Assembly (NCBI GenBank): GCA_964576925.1
Contig: CAZNWJ010000010.1
Coordinates: 2,363 to 66,362, forward strand
Reading direction: 5' to 3'
Source of the DNA: an uncultured Ignavibacteria bacterium
GTDB taxonomy: Bacteria > Zixibacteria > MSB-5A5 > CAIYYT01
Length of the DNA: 64,000 nt
Below the pieces are notes generated by a model, which worked only from the letters and a program-made list of their open reading frames with translations, searched no databases and was not told the DNA's origin. Shown here one piece after another: positions 39,799 to 51,536 of the stretch. Numbering within the stretch: the stretch's first letter is position 1; each line of letters opens with the position of its first letter. The position numbers were made by a program, and so were the translations under genes.

Positions 39799-41835
39799 AT
39801 GAGTACCCGAAAATCCTCTCTTAGCTTGATATGCTGGGCTATGGCCGTCACGCTGTTAACGTTGTCTGGGGTTGTTAGAGGTGAAAATCTGGCCCCCGAG
39901 GCCGACTATGAATCTTACCTGGCTCACATCGCCGCGGCGAATGGATCCTTGCGCCTGAATGAAACCGCCGAAGCGGTCCGTTGGATCGAAGGCGCTCCGG
40001 CAGCCTACCGCGGCTGGGAGTGGCGCTATCTCAAAGCTCGTAGCGACGAGAGCCGACTATCGATTTCCCTCGACAGTGTCAACGCCACTCGTCTCTCTGT
40101 CAGTGGCGACGGCTTGCGGCTTGCCATCCCGACAGCCGAGGGATCAATCCGACTGCACGACATTCCTTCCGGCAAGCTCATCAAGGCGATCCAGGGACAC
40201 TTCTCGAGCGTCTATGCCGCGGACTTCACCCCCGACGGCAAGCAACTGGTCTCTTGCTCACGCGATACCACAATCCGGATTTGGGACATCGCGACGGGAA
40301 AGGAAATCTGGCGCACAATTACAGGCGCCCACGGCCTGGCTGATCTCGATATCAGCCCCGACGGCAAGTACCTCGTTTATTGCTCCTGGTACCGCAAACA
40401 GGGCGTCGTCGGCTTTGTTCGGCTCTATGATCTGACATCACGTAAGGAAGTTTGGACGCGCGAATTCGGCGAGAAACCCATTGTCTGCGCGCGGTTCGCA
40501 CCAGATTCGAAGCGCTTCGCTGTTGGTACATGGGGTTGGCGCGTTGCCGTCTGGGATATTGCGTCCTCCGAAGAGACAACGATTTTTGACTTGGACGACG
40601 TTCCCGCATACTCCGCCATCGACGACATCACCTTCAGCCCTGATGGCGCTGCAATTGCCTGTGCCACCAAGAACGGAACACCGCGCGTTTGGAATCTCGA
40701 AACCGGCAAGCGGGCTTTAGACCTGCGCGGGCATTCACAGGCCGTATTCGCAGTCGCTTATACTCCCGACGGCACCCGGATTGTTACTGGCGGCACCGAC
40801 GGTACACTCAAAGTCTGGAGCAGTGGCTCCGGCTCGCTGTTGGCAACGCTCTACGGCCATACGGCTCGCGTCACTTCGCTCTGTGCAACCTCGAATGGAA
40901 ATCACCTGATCTCGACTGCAAGAGACGGCACGATTCGCTTCTGGGACGGCAACGCCGGGCTGCAATTCACCGACCCTCGTGGGCGCGGCAGTTACGTCTA
41001 CGGCTTCGCTCTCAGCACCGACGGTAACACGCTGGCTACTGCTGCGCCAAACAGCCAAATCGCCCTTTGGAACACTGCCGACGGATCATTGAATAGCATC
41101 TTCGCCGGCCCAGCAGCCGGTATCAATGCTCTGGCCTTCAGTCCTGATTCGAAAACTCTGCTCGCAGCCAACTGGGATACCAGCGCAACTCTGTGGCACC
41201 TTGCCGACACCACTCTGAAACTCACTCTTGCGGGGCAGGGCGGCGGAAGTGCGGGCTGCTCCTACAGCCCGGACGGCCGTTGGGTCGCGGCCGCGGTCAA
41301 CAATTCGGGCGCCGTGGTCTGGGATGCTCTCTCGGGTGCTCTAATTCGCCGTCTCGATCATTCGGCCGGTTGCTACTCTGCTGCCTTCAGTCCCGACAAT
41401 CGCTGGCTCGCCGCTACAGGCAACGATGGGATGCTGCTCATTTGGAAATGCGAGGACTGGTCGCTCCATAATGCGCGTGCTTTGGGCCATACATCGCTAT
41501 TCGGCCTGGCTTTCTCTCCCGATTCTCGCAGCATCGCTGCCACCGCCAACGACGGAATCGTCTGGCTCTGTGACCTTGACAATTCCGGCGGCAACACGGC
41601 ACTTGTCGGTCACGCGCAAACGGCTTACTGCGTTGCGTTCACCGCCGATGGACTTCGACTTGCCAGCGGCGCTGCCGACCAGACCGTTAGAATCTGGGAT
41701 ACCAAAACCCATCGATCGGTGCTGATTCTCAGCGAGTTCACAGACCCCGTGTACAACGTGCTTTTCTCTCCGGATAGAAAGCGGCTCTACGTCAATTCTT
41801 CCGGCAATGAGTTCAAGATCTTTGATACGGAATGA
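39799..41835 (+). CDS. Exported WD40 beta-propeller protein
   Basis: N-terminal signal/TM segment; many GH...WD repeats (e.g. GHSQAVFAVAYTPDG...LKVW). Confidence 0.9.
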   Translation: MSTRKSSLSLICWAMAVTLLTLSGVVRGENLAPEADYESYLAHIAAANGSLRLNETAEAVRWIEGAPAAYRGWEWRYLKARSDESRLSISLDSVNATRLSVSGDGLRLAIPTAEGSIRLHDIPSGKLIKAIQGHFSSVYAADFTPDGKQLVSCSRDTTIRIWDIATGKEIWRTITGAHGLADLDISPDGKYLVYCSWYRKQGVVGFVRLYDLTSRKEVWTREFGEKPIVCARFAPDSKRFAVGTWGWRVAVWDIASSEETTIFDLDDVPAYSAIDDITFSPDGAAIACATKNGTPRVWNLETGKRALDLRGHSQAVFAVAYTPDGTRIVTGGTDGTLKVWSSGSGSLLATLYGHTARVTSLCATSNGNHLISTARDGTIRFWDGNAGLQFTDPRGRGSYVYGFALSTDGNTLATAAPNSQIALWNTADGSLNSIFAGPAAGINALAFSPDSKTLLAANWDTSATLWHLADTTLKLTLAGQGGGSAGCSYSPDGRWVAAAVNNSGAVVWDALSGALIRRLDHSAGCYSAAFSPDNRWLAATGNDGMLLIWKCEDWSLHNARALGHTSLFGLAFSPDSRSIAATANDGIVWLCDLDNSGGNTALVGHAQTAYCVAFTADGLRLASGAADQTVRIWDTKTHRSVLILSEFTDPVYNVLFSPDRKRLYVNSSGNEFKIFDTE

Positions 41836-42084
41836 AAAGCACACCCGTGCGCAGCGAACAAGCTTCTTTGCTGGTAGCAGCCGCATACCTTTTTGATTTC
41901 TGCCGCAAAAATTGGCTTGAATTTCTCCACGATTTGCGTATTATACCATTCATCCGACCCGCGTCGACTTCCGACCGCGGGTCGTGTTTTAACGATCTCC
42001 CCTATAGTTGAGTCGACAGGGGGCCACTGTGCGGAGATTTGGCTACCGCGCGACTTCGCCGCGTTATGAGAGGATGTTGACCTA

Positions 42085-43962
42085 ATGGTTCCGGTTGAAA
42101 TGATCAGAAATCTCGCGATTATCGCCCACATCGATCACGGCAAGACGACCCTTATTGATTCCGTCTTCCGCGCTACGCGCACTTTTCGCGACAACCAGCA
42201 GGTTGCCGAGCGCCTCATGGACAGCCACGACCTCGAGCGCGAACGCGGCATCACCATTCGCGCCAAGCACTGCACGGTGACCTGGAATGATTATTTGATC
42301 AATATCATTGATACTCCCGGCCACGCCGATTTCTCCGGCGAAGTAGAACGGGTTCTTTCCATGGTCGACTCCGTCTTGCTGCTGGTTGATGCCAACGAAG
42401 GCCCCATGCCGCAGACGCGTTACGTTCTCATGCGCGCGCTCCGACTCGGATTGCGCCCGATCGTAATCATCAACAAGGTCGACCGGCCCCACGCCCGTCC
42501 CGACCATGCGCTCAACAAGACGTTCGATCTGTTTCTCGAACTCGGCGCCACCGATGAGCAAGCGCACTTTCCCGTGCTCTACGGCTCCGGACTGGCCGGT
42601 TGGTTTGTCAGTGACCTTGAAAAAGAACCGCATGCGGGAATGGACGCACTTTTCCGCACTGTAATTGAGCATGTACCGCCGCCGCGCGTCGATCAGGACG
42701 GCCCGTTCTTGATGCAGGTAAGCACGCTGGCCTGGGATGACTATATCGGTCAGATTGGCTGCGGCCGTGTTTTGCGCGGCACCTTGCGCAAAGGTGATGC
42801 CTTTTCGCGCTTCGTCATGCGCTGGAAAGACCCGGCGAATCAGGAAGCGGGTTATGAACTGGTCAAGTCTTCGCGCGAGCGCGGTGAGCATTTCTGGGTG
42901 ACGCGCGGGCTTCAGCGAATCGAAGTCGACACCGTCAGCGCGGGCGACATCGTCTGGCTGGCCGGCCCCGAGGAAATCGGCATCGGGGATACTTTCTCCG
43001 AACTCGAGGATACCGCGTCAGCCCTGCAACCGCTCGAAATCGAGGAACCCACGGTTTCGATGTTCTTCCTCGTCAATACCGGACCATTCTCCGGCGAGGA
43101 GGGAACAGCGATTATGTTGCGGCAGCTCAAAGACCGCCTCCAAAAAGAACTCCGGACCAACGTCGCTTTGCGCATGGAGGATCTCGGTCGTGCCGATGGC
43201 GTCAAGGTCTCCGGGCGCGGCGAATTGCACCTTGCCATCCTGATCGAGGAAATGCGCCGCGAAGGCCTCGAGTTTTGCGTCTCGCGCCCCGAAGTGATCA
43301 CTCACCTCGATCAGTCGGGAAATCTCCTCGAACCGATAGAGCAGTTGATCGTCGATGTCCCCGAAGTGCATCAGGGCATCGTTATCGAAAAGTTGGCCCG
43401 CCGCAAGGGCGAGCTGCGTAGCGTCGAGAACGCCGGCATCAATGTCGTGCGCGTGGAGTTTGAGATTCCCACCCGCGGCCTGATCGGTTACCGCACCGAA
43501 TTTCTCACCGACACACGCGGCCTCGGCATCATGGCTTCGCGCATCATTGGCTACGGCGCCTGGCGCGGCGAAATTGTCTCGCGATATCGCGGTTCGGTTA
43601 TCGCCATGGAAACCGGTGTGGCGACTTCGTATGCGATCGAAGGCCTGCAGGAACGAGCAGTGATCTTCGTGGAGCCAGGGGACCGAGTCTATGCCGGACA
43701 AGTCGTCGGCGAAAACTCGCGCCCCGATGACCTGCCGTGCAACCCGACGAAACGCAAGAATCTCACCAACCATCGTTCGTCAACCAAGGATATCGCGATC
43801 GGGCTAAACGTCGCCCGCAAAATGTCACTGGAAAAAGCGCTCGATTGGATCGGCCCCGACGAGTTGATGGAAGTTACGCCAAAATCGATTCGCATGCGCA
43901 AGGCAATCCTCGATTCCGAAACTCGCAAGAGGCTGCAGAAGTCCCAGGCCGGGGTCAACTAA
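42085..43962 (+). CDS. typA: Translational GTPase TypA/BipA
   Basis: [40 protein letters not shown] and the C-terminal [14 protein letters not shown] motif. Confidence 0.95.
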   Translation: MVPVEMIRNLAIIAHIDHGKTTLIDSVFRATRTFRDNQQVAERLMDSHDLERERGITIRAKHCTVTWNDYLINIIDTPGHADFSGEVERVLSMVDSVLLLVDANEGPMPQTRYVLMRALRLGLRPIVIINKVDRPHARPDHALNKTFDLFLELGATDEQAHFPVLYGSGLAGWFVSDLEKEPHAGMDALFRTVIEHVPPPRVDQDGPFLMQVSTLAWDDYIGQIGCGRVLRGTLRKGDAFSRFVMRWKDPANQEAGYELVKSSRERGEHFWVTRGLQRIEVDTVSAGDIVWLAGPEEIGIGDTFSELEDTASALQPLEIEEPTVSMFFLVNTGPFSGEEGTAIMLRQLKDRLQKELRTNVALRMEDLGRADGVKVSGRGELHLAILIEEMRREGLEFCVSRPEVITHLDQSGNLLEPIEQLIVDVPEVHQGIVIEKLARRKGELRSVENAGINVVRVEFEIPTRGLIGYRTEFLTDTRGLGIMASRIIGYGAWRGEIVSRYRGSVIAMETGVATSYAIEGLQERAVIFVEPGDRVYAGQVVGENSRPDDLPCNPTKRKNLTNHRSSTKDIAIGLNVARKMSLEKALDWIGPDELMEVTPKSIRMRKAILDSETRKRLQKSQAGVN

Positions 43963-44375
43963 GCCCGCTCTTCGCGTCGCTCCTTGAGAGATCGCTTCCT
44001 CTGGCCTTCTCGTTTCGGCCTTTGCCCCGGCGATGCTTCTGGTCCTTGCAAACTCTTCAACGTCGCTCGCACGTGTCCGCACACATTCTCGCAGAGCAGG
44101 AAAATCTGCGGGCTCGACGCAGCATACCGCACGTACATGCCTTCCTTGGTCTTCCTGACCAATCCTGCCCGCGCCAGGATCGATAGGTGGCGCGAGATAT
44201 TGGGTTGCGTCCACTCGAAGAGCTCTACTAATTCGTGTACGGTTTTATCCCTATCCTGAAGCGCACGCAATATCTTGAGCCGGGTAGGATCCGAAAGCGC
44301 CCCGAAGCAGCTCGCAACTAACGCCAGGAAGTTGTCGGGTAGTTCAGAGAATCGAGGGGAAGGGACCGCTGGCAT
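43959..44375 (-). CDS. ArsR/SmtB-family transcriptional regulator
   Basis: FGALSDPTRLKIL...TVHELV...TQPNISRHLSILARAGLV. Start moved to ATG 44375; divergent from the efflux operon. Confidence 0.88.
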   Translation of the reverse strand: MPAVPSPRFSELPDNFLALVASCFGALSDPTRLKILRALQDRDKTVHELVELFEWTQPNISRHLSILARAGLVRKTKEGMYVRYAASSPQIFLLCENVCGHVRATLKSLQGPEASPGQRPKREGQRKRSLKERREERA

Positions 44376-44469
44376 ACAAGAATATAAGTATATATTTATA
44401 TAGTTGTCAAGAATCAAACCGGCTGTTTTTGTATCCAATTAGGCAAGAACGAGTAATGATGGGAATCTT

Positions 44470-45780
44470 GTGATGTACAGAATTGTCTCTATCTTATTGA
44501 TCTTGTTGGCGTTCGCCCGTCTTGACGCGGACACGTTGACCCTGGCAGAGGCGGCCGCGTGGGCCCGCGAGCGCTCCCCGGTGGCGCGAATCGCCGGACA
44601 GCAAGTAGACGAAGCCTCTGCGCGAGCGGCGCAAGCCCGCGCTGCCTTCCTGCCCATGCTCCGGCTCTCCTCCGGATACACCAAGAGCGACAACGCCGTT
44701 AACGCCTTCATGTTCGCGTTGAATCAAGGCGAGTTCCAACTCGCCGGCGATCTCAACAATCCTGATCCGGCCGACAATTTCCAGGTCTCGGCGCAGGTCG
44801 GGCTTAGCTTGTTCAGCGGCGGTCGTGACCTGGCCAATCTGCGCGCTGCTCGAGCCGCTCAGCGCGGCAGCGCCTTCTCGCGGAAGGCGACGACAAATGA
44901 AGTCGTCCTCGGCGTTACTCAAGCCTACCTGGCAGTCCTGACGGCCCGGGAATTTGTGCGCGCGTCCGAGGCGGCTGTCGGCGCGTATTCGTCGACGGAA
45001 AAGGTCATGACAAGCCGCGTCTCCAACGGCACGGCGCTCAAAACAGATCTGTTGAATATCCAGGTCGAAAAAGCGCAGGCCGAGGAGCGCCTCCTGCAGG
45101 CACGCAACGCCGTCGTTCTCGCGCGCGAGGCGCTGCGCCTGGCAATCGGCCTCGATAGTCTCCCGCCGGCAGAGTTTCAGACTCTCGATCAGGTGTCGCT
45201 TCCCAGTCCGAACGAGTCGGTTCCGGGCGTGCGGCCCGAAGTCCAGGCGCGCAGCGCCTTTGCCGATGCCGCGCGCCAGGACTATCGCTCCGCATGGGCC
45301 GGCTTGCTTCCTGCCGTCTCAGCTTTTGCCAGCCTCGACCACTACAAAGGCTGGGAATTCGACGGTTCCAACAACTCCTGGATCGCCGGTCTGACTCTCT
45401 CGTGGTCGATCTTCGATGGTTTCCTGACGAGTTCCACGATCAAGGAAAAACGCGCCCGCATGAAAGCTGCTGAAGAAGCCGCGCGCTTGGCGCAATTGCA
45501 GACGTCAGTGCAACTCACCTCGGCTTCGAACTCGCTGCGCGAAGCCTCGGAACGCGTCGCGGTGATGCAGCGCGCCGTTGACCTGGCGATGGAAGGCGCG
45601 GACTTGACCCGACAGCGATTCGACCAGGGGCTGGTGCTCACTTCGCACGTAATCGATGCTGAAAATAACCTGGTGCAAGCCGAAGTCGGATTGGCGCAGG
45701 CAAAGGCAGATCGCTTGTATGCGATCGCGTCGCTGCGCCGCGCTCTGAGCTTGCCGATCTTGGGAGATACCGTTCAATGA
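44470..45780 (+). CDS. TolC-family outer-membrane efflux protein
   Basis: Signal peptide; two internally repeated helical/beta units typical of OEP proteins; first gene of a tripartite efflux operon. Confidence 0.88.
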   Translation: MMYRIVSILLILLAFARLDADTLTLAEAAAWARERSPVARIAGQQVDEASARAAQARAAFLPMLRLSSGYTKSDNAVNAFMFALNQGEFQLAGDLNNPDPADNFQVSAQVGLSLFSGGRDLANLRAARAAQRGSAFSRKATTNEVVLGVTQAYLAVLTAREFVRASEAAVGAYSSTEKVMTSRVSNGTALKTDLLNIQVEKAQAEERLLQARNAVVLAREALRLAIGLDSLPPAEFQTLDQVSLPSPNESVPGVRPEVQARSAFADAARQDYRSAWAGLLPAVSAFASLDHYKGWEFDGSNNSWIAGLTLSWSIFDGFLTSSTIKEKRARMKAAEEAARLAQLQTSVQLTSASNSLREASERVAVMQRAVDLAMEGADLTRQRFDQGLVLTSHVIDAENNLVQAEVGLAQAKADRLYAIASLRRALSLPILGDTVQ

Positions 45781-46808
45781 AAAGATTAATCCTCCTTACT
45801 CTGGCTTTGTCAGCCATGGCGCTTGTCGGCTGCGGCAAGGACGAGCACGCAGGCCGGTCCACAACAGATATGGCGCCCAAAGCCGTTCAAGTCGCCCGGG
45901 TCGAGCGCTTTGCCACCGGCGCCCGCGATGAGATCATGGGTTCTGTGATTGCCCGCAATACCGCTGATATCAGCACCAAGATCCAGGCGCGGGTTGATCG
46001 TATCATCGTAGATATCGGTAGCCGTGTCAGTGCCGGCGACCTTCTCGCCGAACTCGACACCCGTGAGTTTCAAGCCAAGGTCCAGCAGGCTCGTGCCATG
46101 CACGAGCAAGCCCAGCAGGACTTGAAGCGCTTCGAAAAACTTCTTGCTGAAAGTGCCGCTACTCAACAGGAGTATGATGGCATCAAGGCGCGTGCCACGG
46201 TCGCCGAAGCAAGTCTTAAGGAAGCCGAGACCTTCCTGAGCTACACGCGCATCTCCGCTCCGTTCTCCGGTGTAGTCACGCGCAAGCTGATTGACGTCGG
46301 CGATTTGGCCTTCCCCGGCCAACCCACGTTCACGCTCGAGGAATCCGGCGCCCCCCGCTTCGTCGTGACCATCGCTGAATCGTATCGAAACAAAATCGCC
46401 GTCGGTCAGTCCGTCGATGTCTACATCGGAGTTATTGATACCACTGTGACCGGCCGAGTGGATGAGCTTTCTCCCTCCGCCGATCCGATGAGCCGGACTT
46501 TTTCCGCCAAGATCAGCCTTCCCGCGCTCGGAAAACTTCGCCCCGGCCAGTTTGGTCGCCTACTGTTGCCGGCTGACTCAGACGACGTCACCCTCTTTGT
46601 GCCGCGCTCCGCCTGGGTGCGTCGCGGCCAGCTCGACTTGGTCTACGTCGTCAATGAAGAAAAGCGAGCCATGCTGCGCCTGGTCCGGATCGGTCGCCAG
46701 TTTCCCGATAAGCTCGAAATCCTCTCCGGGTTGCGCGAAGACGAGTCTGTCGTTGTCAGCGATCAGCGTGATCTGCTCGACGGCGATCTGGTGCAGGAGG
46801 CTTCATGA
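45777..46808 (+). CDS. RND efflux periplasmic adaptor (MFP) lipoprotein
   Basis: Lipobox LVGC; ISAPFSGVV and LRPGQFGR motifs; ATGA overlap. Confidence 0.9.
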   Translation: MKRLILLTLALSAMALVGCGKDEHAGRSTTDMAPKAVQVARVERFATGARDEIMGSVIARNTADISTKIQARVDRIIVDIGSRVSAGDLLAELDTREFQAKVQQARAMHEQAQQDLKRFEKLLAESAATQQEYDGIKARATVAEASLKEAETFLSYTRISAPFSGVVTRKLIDVGDLAFPGQPTFTLEESGAPRFVVTIAESYRNKIAVGQSVDVYIGVIDTTVTGRVDELSPSADPMSRTFSAKISLPALGKLRPGQFGRLLLPADSDDVTLFVPRSAWVRRGQLDLVYVVNEEKRAMLRLVRIGRQFPDKLEILSGLREDESVVVSDQRDLLDGDLVQEAS

Positions 46809-49800
46809 GCCGCCACGATTCTGCTGAGAAAAGTGCGGAGGGCTTAGCCGGCAAACTGGCGAGGATGTTTGTCGACTCGAAGCTGACCCCGCTGTTTATT
46901 CTCGCCTCTGTCTTGCTCGGATTGCTCGCCGTCTCGCTGCTTCCGCGAGAGGAAGAGCCGCAAATCAAGGTCCCAATGATCGACGTCATGGTGCGCGTCC
47001 CCGGCTTCAGCGCCGAGGAAGTTGAAAAACGCGTCGCCGCGCCGATGGAAAAGCTGATCTGGGAAATCCCCGGCGTTGAATATGTCTACTCGATCTCGCG
47101 CCCGGAAGAAGCCTTGGTCATCGTCCGCTACCTCGTCGGTGAGGACGTCGAGAAGAGCCTCGTCAAACTCAACCAGAAATTGCAGTCAAACTTCGATCGC
47201 ATCCCGCCCGGCGTCTCATTCCCGCTGCTCAAGCCGCGTTCGATCGACGATGTGCCGATTCTTGCTCTCACCTTTCATAGCTCAACCGAAGATCATTACT
47301 TCCTGCGCCGCGTCGTTGCTGAAATCGAAGAACAGATCAAACAGGTTCCCGATGTGTCCGAGACGCACATGATCGGCGGTCTCCGCCGGCAATATCGCAT
47401 TCAACTCGATGCCGGTGCGCTGGCCGCCCGCAATCTCGACCCGCTCAGCGTCATTCCTGTTCTCCAGGCGGCTAACCGTCAGAACCGTGCCGGTGGCATC
47501 ATCCGCAATAACGAAGAGATCATCATCGAAACCGGCGGTTTCCTGCGCGATGTCGATGACGTCAACCGCGTTGTTCTCGGCGTCCACAATGGTGCTCCTA
47601 TCTATCTGCGCGATGTCGCAACGGTCCTCGATGGCCCGGAAGAACTCAAGCAAATCGTCGTTTACGGCTCCGGGGCCGCCTCGGGCAAGCGCCACGAAGA
47701 CGAAGCTGCCGTTACGCTTTCGATCGCCAAGCGCGCGGGTACCAATGCCATCGCCGTCGCCGAACGCGTGCTCGAAAAGGTCGAAAACCTTCGTCCCAAA
47801 TTGATCCCCTCCGACGTCAAGATGACCATTACCCGCCATTATGGCGAGACTGCACAGGAGAAATCCGACGAGTTGCTCCTGCACATGCTGATTGCCATCG
47901 TCTCTGTATCAATTCTGATCCTGATCAGTCTGGGCTGGCGCGAATCGATCATCGTAGCCCTGGCTATCCCGTCGACGCTGGCGCTGACCTTGCTGGTGTT
48001 TTATCTCACCGGCTTCACGCTCAATCGCATCACGCTTTTCGCGCTGATTTTCTCCATCGGTATTCTCGTCGATGACGCCATCGTCGTCGTCGAGAACATC
48101 ACACGCCACCTGCACCTGCCGAAGAACCAGCGGCGCTCGTGGAAAGCGATCGCCATCGAAGCCGTCTCTGAAGTCGGTAATCCGACAATCCTGGCGACCT
48201 GGGCTGTCATCGCCGCCGTCTTGCCAATGGCGATGGTCGGCGGTTTGATGGGGCCCTACATGCGGCCGATCCCCGTCGGTGCTACCGCGGCCATGCTCTT
48301 TTCGCTCTTCGTGGCCTTCATGGTAACTCCGTGGGCTGCCGTCCGGGTGCTCTCCTGGAAACGTGCCAAAGACGGAACAGAGGATCACCACGGCGATCAC
48401 AAGGACGACCGCACAACCCGCCTGTATCGCAAATGGATGGGGAAACTCGTCGAGTCGCCAAAACGCCGACATGTGTTCCTCGCCGTCGTCGCTGGAGCTC
48501 TGGTCGTCGCCATGGGACTGGTCGGCATCGGCTGGGTCAAAGTCAAAATGCTCCCCTTCGACAACAAGAACGAGTTTCAGGTTATCATCAATATGCCTGA
48601 GGGCTCATCGCTGGAGCAGACCGTCGAAGCCTCCCGCGAAATCGCCCAGGCGATCAGCAGCGAGCCCGAGGTCACCGACTACCAGATCTATGCTGGGACT
48701 TCAGCTCCATTCAACTTCAATGGCCTCGTGCGGCACTATTTCCTCCGCAGCGGCGAATACACGGCTGATATTCAAGTCAATCTCCTACCCAAAGGCGAAC
48801 GCTCGGCCCAGAGTCATGATATCGCCAAACGCGTTCGTCCCCGCGTGCAGGAAGTCGCCAGGCGATTCGCCGCGCAGGTTGCCGTTGCCGAGGTACCGCC
48901 CGGCCCGCCCGTGCTGCAAACGCTCGTCGCCGAAATCTATGGTCCAACCGATTCAAGCCGCACCCAGTTGGCGCGCGCGATTCGCGAGGTCTTCGAATCG
49001 ACTCCCGGCGTAGTGGACGTTGATACCTACATCGAGGATGACCAGCGCAAGCTGACCTTTGTCATCGATCACGAAAAAGCTGCCTTGCACGGCATTTCCG
49101 CGGATCAAATCGCGCAGACGCTGCGCGTCGCCGTGTCCGGAATGCAAATCGATATCGCTCATCGTCGCCAGGAGCGCGAAGATATCGCTCTTGTGCTCGA
49201 ACTGCCGCGCGCCCAGAAAACCAGCGCCGCTGATCTGCTCGGTCTGCGCATCCGCGCACCGCAAGGCGGCCAACTGATTCCGCTGTCGGAACTTGTTACC
49301 GTCGAGCATCAGATCGTCGACAAGACGATTTACCGCAAGAACCTGATGCCGGTCACCTACGTTATCGGCGACGTCGCTGGTGAAATCGAATCGCCGGTGT
49401 ACGCCATCAGCGAAATGAATGAGAAAATCGAAAAACTCAACGCTCGCGATTTTGGCGGTACTCAGTCCCGCCTGCAGATTCACAACGCCGCAATGCCGTT
49501 CACCGACCTCGAACCATCGATGAAGTGGGACGGCGAATGGCACATCACTCTTGAGGTCTTTCGCGATCTCGGTATCGCCTTTGCCGCTGTTCTCATCTTG
49601 ATCTATATTCTGATGGTCGGGTGGTTCAAATCGATGATCACCCCGATCATTCTGATGGTCGTCATCCCGCTCTCGCTGATCGGCATCATGCCGGCTCACG
49701 GACTAATGGGTGCCTTCTTCACGGCGACATCCATGATCGGCTTCATGGCCGGCGCCGGTATCGTCATCCGCAATTCGATTATCCTGATCGATTTTGCTGA

Positions 49801-50083
49801 ATTGCGGCTGAGCGAAGGGCGCTCGCTCGCTGAAGCCGTGATTGACGCCGGCGCGGTGCGCTTTCGCCCGATTCTCCTTACCGCCGGCGCGGTCATCGTC
49901 GGAGCAGGAGTTATCCTTTTTGACCCGATCTTCCAGGGTCTGGCCATCGCGCTCATCGCCGGCGAAGTTGCCTCGCTGATCATCAGCCCTGTCGCAGTGC
50001 CGCTGCTCTATTACATGGCCAACCGCAAGAAGCTGGAACTCCAGCCCCAGCCGCCGTCCGAAACGCCACATCCTGTCAGTTAA
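46805..50083 (+). CDS. RND efflux permease (AcrB/CusA superfamily)
   Basis: [14 protein letters not shown] and RFRPILLTA motifs; 1092 aa with two sets of TM helices. Confidence 0.93.
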   Translation: MSRHDSAEKSAEGLAGKLARMFVDSKLTPLFILASVLLGLLAVSLLPREEEPQIKVPMIDVMVRVPGFSAEEVEKRVAAPMEKLIWEIPGVEYVYSISRPEEALVIVRYLVGEDVEKSLVKLNQKLQSNFDRIPPGVSFPLLKPRSIDDVPILALTFHSSTEDHYFLRRVVAEIEEQIKQVPDVSETHMIGGLRRQYRIQLDAGALAARNLDPLSVIPVLQAANRQNRAGGIIRNNEEIIIETGGFLRDVDDVNRVVLGVHNGAPIYLRDVATVLDGPEELKQIVVYGSGAASGKRHEDEAAVTLSIAKRAGTNAIAVAERVLEKVENLRPKLIPSDVKMTITRHYGETAQEKSDELLLHMLIAIVSVSILILISLGWRESIIVALAIPSTLALTLLVFYLTGFTLNRITLFALIFSIGILVDDAIVVVENITRHLHLPKNQRRSWKAIAIEAVSEVGNPTILATWAVIAAVLPMAMVGGLMGPYMRPIPVGATAAMLFSLFVAFMVTPWAAVRVLSWKRAKDGTEDHHGDHKDDRTTRLYRKWMGKLVESPKRRHVFLAVVAGALVVAMGLVGIGWVKVKMLPFDNKNEFQVIINMPEGSSLEQTVEASREIAQAISSEPEVTDYQIYAGTSAPFNFNGLVRHYFLRSGEYTADIQVNLLPKGERSAQSHDIAKRVRPRVQEVARRFAAQVAVAEVPPGPPVLQTLVAEIYGPTDSSRTQLARAIREVFESTPGVVDVDTYIEDDQRKLTFVIDHEKAALHGISADQIAQTLRVAVSGMQIDIAHRRQEREDIALVLELPRAQKTSAADLLGLRIRAPQGGQLIPLSELVTVEHQIVDKTIYRKNLMPVTYVIGDVAGEIESPVYAISEMNEKIEKLNARDFGGTQSRLQIHNAAMPFTDLEPSMKWDGEWHITLEVFRDLGIAFAAVLILIYILMVGWFKSMITPIILMVVIPLSLIGIMPAHGLMGAFFTATSMIGFMAGAGIVIRNSIILIDFAELRLSEGRSLAEAVIDAGAVRFRPILLTAGAVIVGAGVILFDPIFQGLAIALIAGEVASLIISPVAVPLLYYMANRKKLELQPQPPSETPHPVS

Positions 50084-50119
50084 GGGCGCAGCCCATTTTC
50101 TCCCAAAACCGCGAGTCGC

Positions 50120-50148
50120 AACCGCCCGATCCGTTTGATCGGGCGGTT
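50120..50148. terminator. Hairpin terminator after the RND operon
   Basis: Perfect 12-bp inverted repeat AACCGCCCGATC / GATCGGGCGGTT with a 5-nt loop. Confidence 0.7.
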
Positions 50149-50428
50149 TGCGCGTTGATTGCGGCCGTTGGCGAAGATCGCTGTACTCATTGCTTGGTGC
50201 GCGATTTGCTCGAACCACAGGATTCACACGGACCCCAACCGCCCCTGGCGAGTATATTATGTAGCAAATGCTCGCTTTTCCAGATAACACATCCTCGCGC
50301 TCGACTCCGGGTGCGTGGCTCTCGCGTGCGGTGCGGTTCATGCAACAAATCCTTTCGTTGCCTCGTCCTTCCGAGTGAACTTTGATCAATGAGAACGAGG
50401 AAACACCTTTGGACGCGATAACCGGGCA

Positions 50429-50980
50429 GTGACACGAACGATTCACGAAATCTGGAGCGGCGTTCTGGCGGGTGATACCCGCGCATGGACAGAACTGGTT
50501 GACCTTCATTCCGGCCTGGTCTTTACCGTCGCTCGTCGCACGGGACTCGATGAGGCTGACGCCGAAGACTGTGCCCAGTTCACCTGGATCAGCCTCTACC
50601 GTCGCCGCCGCTCGATCCGCGATCCCGTCGCGCTTCCTGCGTGGCTGATCCGTACCACGCACCGCAGGGCACTGACCCTGCATCAGCGCCGCGGTCGTCG
50701 CAATGAGCTCGAATCCGAGCAATTCCTCAGCCAACCGAGATTGCCCGACGAACTCGTGAGCGAGATCGAACAACAGGCGCTCCTAGAAATTGCCCTCAGT
50801 CAACTTGACCCGCGATGTCGCAGGCTCCTGAACGCGCTTTATCTTGAGCCGAAAGCGCAGTCATATCAGGAAATTGCCCGCGACCTTCGGATCAAACCCA
50901 ACTCTCTCGGGCCCTTGCGCTCCCGCTGCCTTCAGCGCCTGAAAAAAATCCTCGAAAATCTTGGCTGGCAGGTGGACTAA
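50429..50980 (+). CDS. ECF-type sigma-70 factor
   Basis: Region 2 (DAEDCAQFTW...PAWLIRTT) and region 4 (LSQLDPRCRRLL...SYQEIARDL...SLGPLRSRCL). Confidence 0.9.
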   Translation: MTRTIHEIWSGVLAGDTRAWTELVDLHSGLVFTVARRTGLDEADAEDCAQFTWISLYRRRRSIRDPVALPAWLIRTTHRRALTLHQRRGRRNELESEQFLSQPRLPDELVSEIEQQALLEIALSQLDPRCRRLLNALYLEPKAQSYQEIARDLRIKPNSLGPLRSRCLQRLKKILENLGWQVD

Positions 50981-50993
50981 ACTTCCGGATGCC

Positions 50994-51536
50994 ATGTCCT
51001 TTATCCCAGACAGTAGGATGACGATGAATAGACGAAACTCCAGGAAATCCAAGGCTCGCCGACATATCAAGCTCGGCTTGGCAGACCCAAATCGGCATCC
51101 GGCTTCCGGTTCAGCGAGAACGGCTAAACTCCTTTCGCCCCCGCCATCTGCAACTGCCCGCTGGCGGGCGATTCCGCTGTTGTTCGAGCACGAGGCAGCG
51201 TTGCCCGCTGCAAAGGGAAGCGTAGGATTCGATTCTTGGGCGGGAACCTCGATCGGCCTGCGCGATCTCGATAGCGGCCACGTGCGCCGACTGCGTTTCA
51301 AAGCCGGTCGCGTCACGCTCGAACTCGTCGCGGAACGCCGCGGCGACGTTTGGGAGTTCGTCGCGCGTGCCTACTCCGGAAACTCTGTAGTCCACGGCTT
51401 TGTCTTGCTGGCCGGTCGCAAGCGACTCCTGTCGACGACTGACGGTTTCTATCTTTGGTCTTCAAGTACCAGAATGCGAACCATCAGGCTGGCTGCTCCT
51501 GACCGCTTGATCGAGTTCGGGGGGATAACGTGGTAG
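50994..51536 (+). CDS. Small hypothetical protein between ECF sigma and CHAT protease (candidate anti-sigma/substrate)
   Basis: Basic low-complexity N-terminus, then FDSWAGTSIGLR...RRLRFKAGRVTLEL; overlaps the CHAT gene start. Start uncertain (50994 or 51018). Confidence 0.6.
   Translation: MSFIPDSRMTMNRRNSRKSKARRHIKLGLADPNRHPASGSARTAKLLSPPPSATARWRAIPLLFEHEAALPAAKGSVGFDSWAGTSIGLRDLDSGHVRRLRFKAGRVTLELVAERRGDVWEFVARAYSGNSVVHGFVLLAGRKRLLSTTDGFYLWSSSTRMRTIRLAAPDRLIEFGGITW

Noticed and set aside
41787-42131. 114-aa minus-strand ORF between WD40 and typA
   Set aside because: Overlaps both neighbours and has no recognisable motif; treated as intergenic.
42082-43958. Several long antisense ORFs over typA (e.g. 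42082-42891, 43018-43773)
   Set aside because: Shadow frames of a conserved GC-rich gene. The same applies to antisense ORFs over the RND, CHAT, S8, kinase and exporter genes.
43959-44375. Persulfide-sensing BigR/SqrR-type ArsR
   Set aside because: Cysteines are present but not at the helix-2 position expected for that subfamily; left as a generic ArsR.
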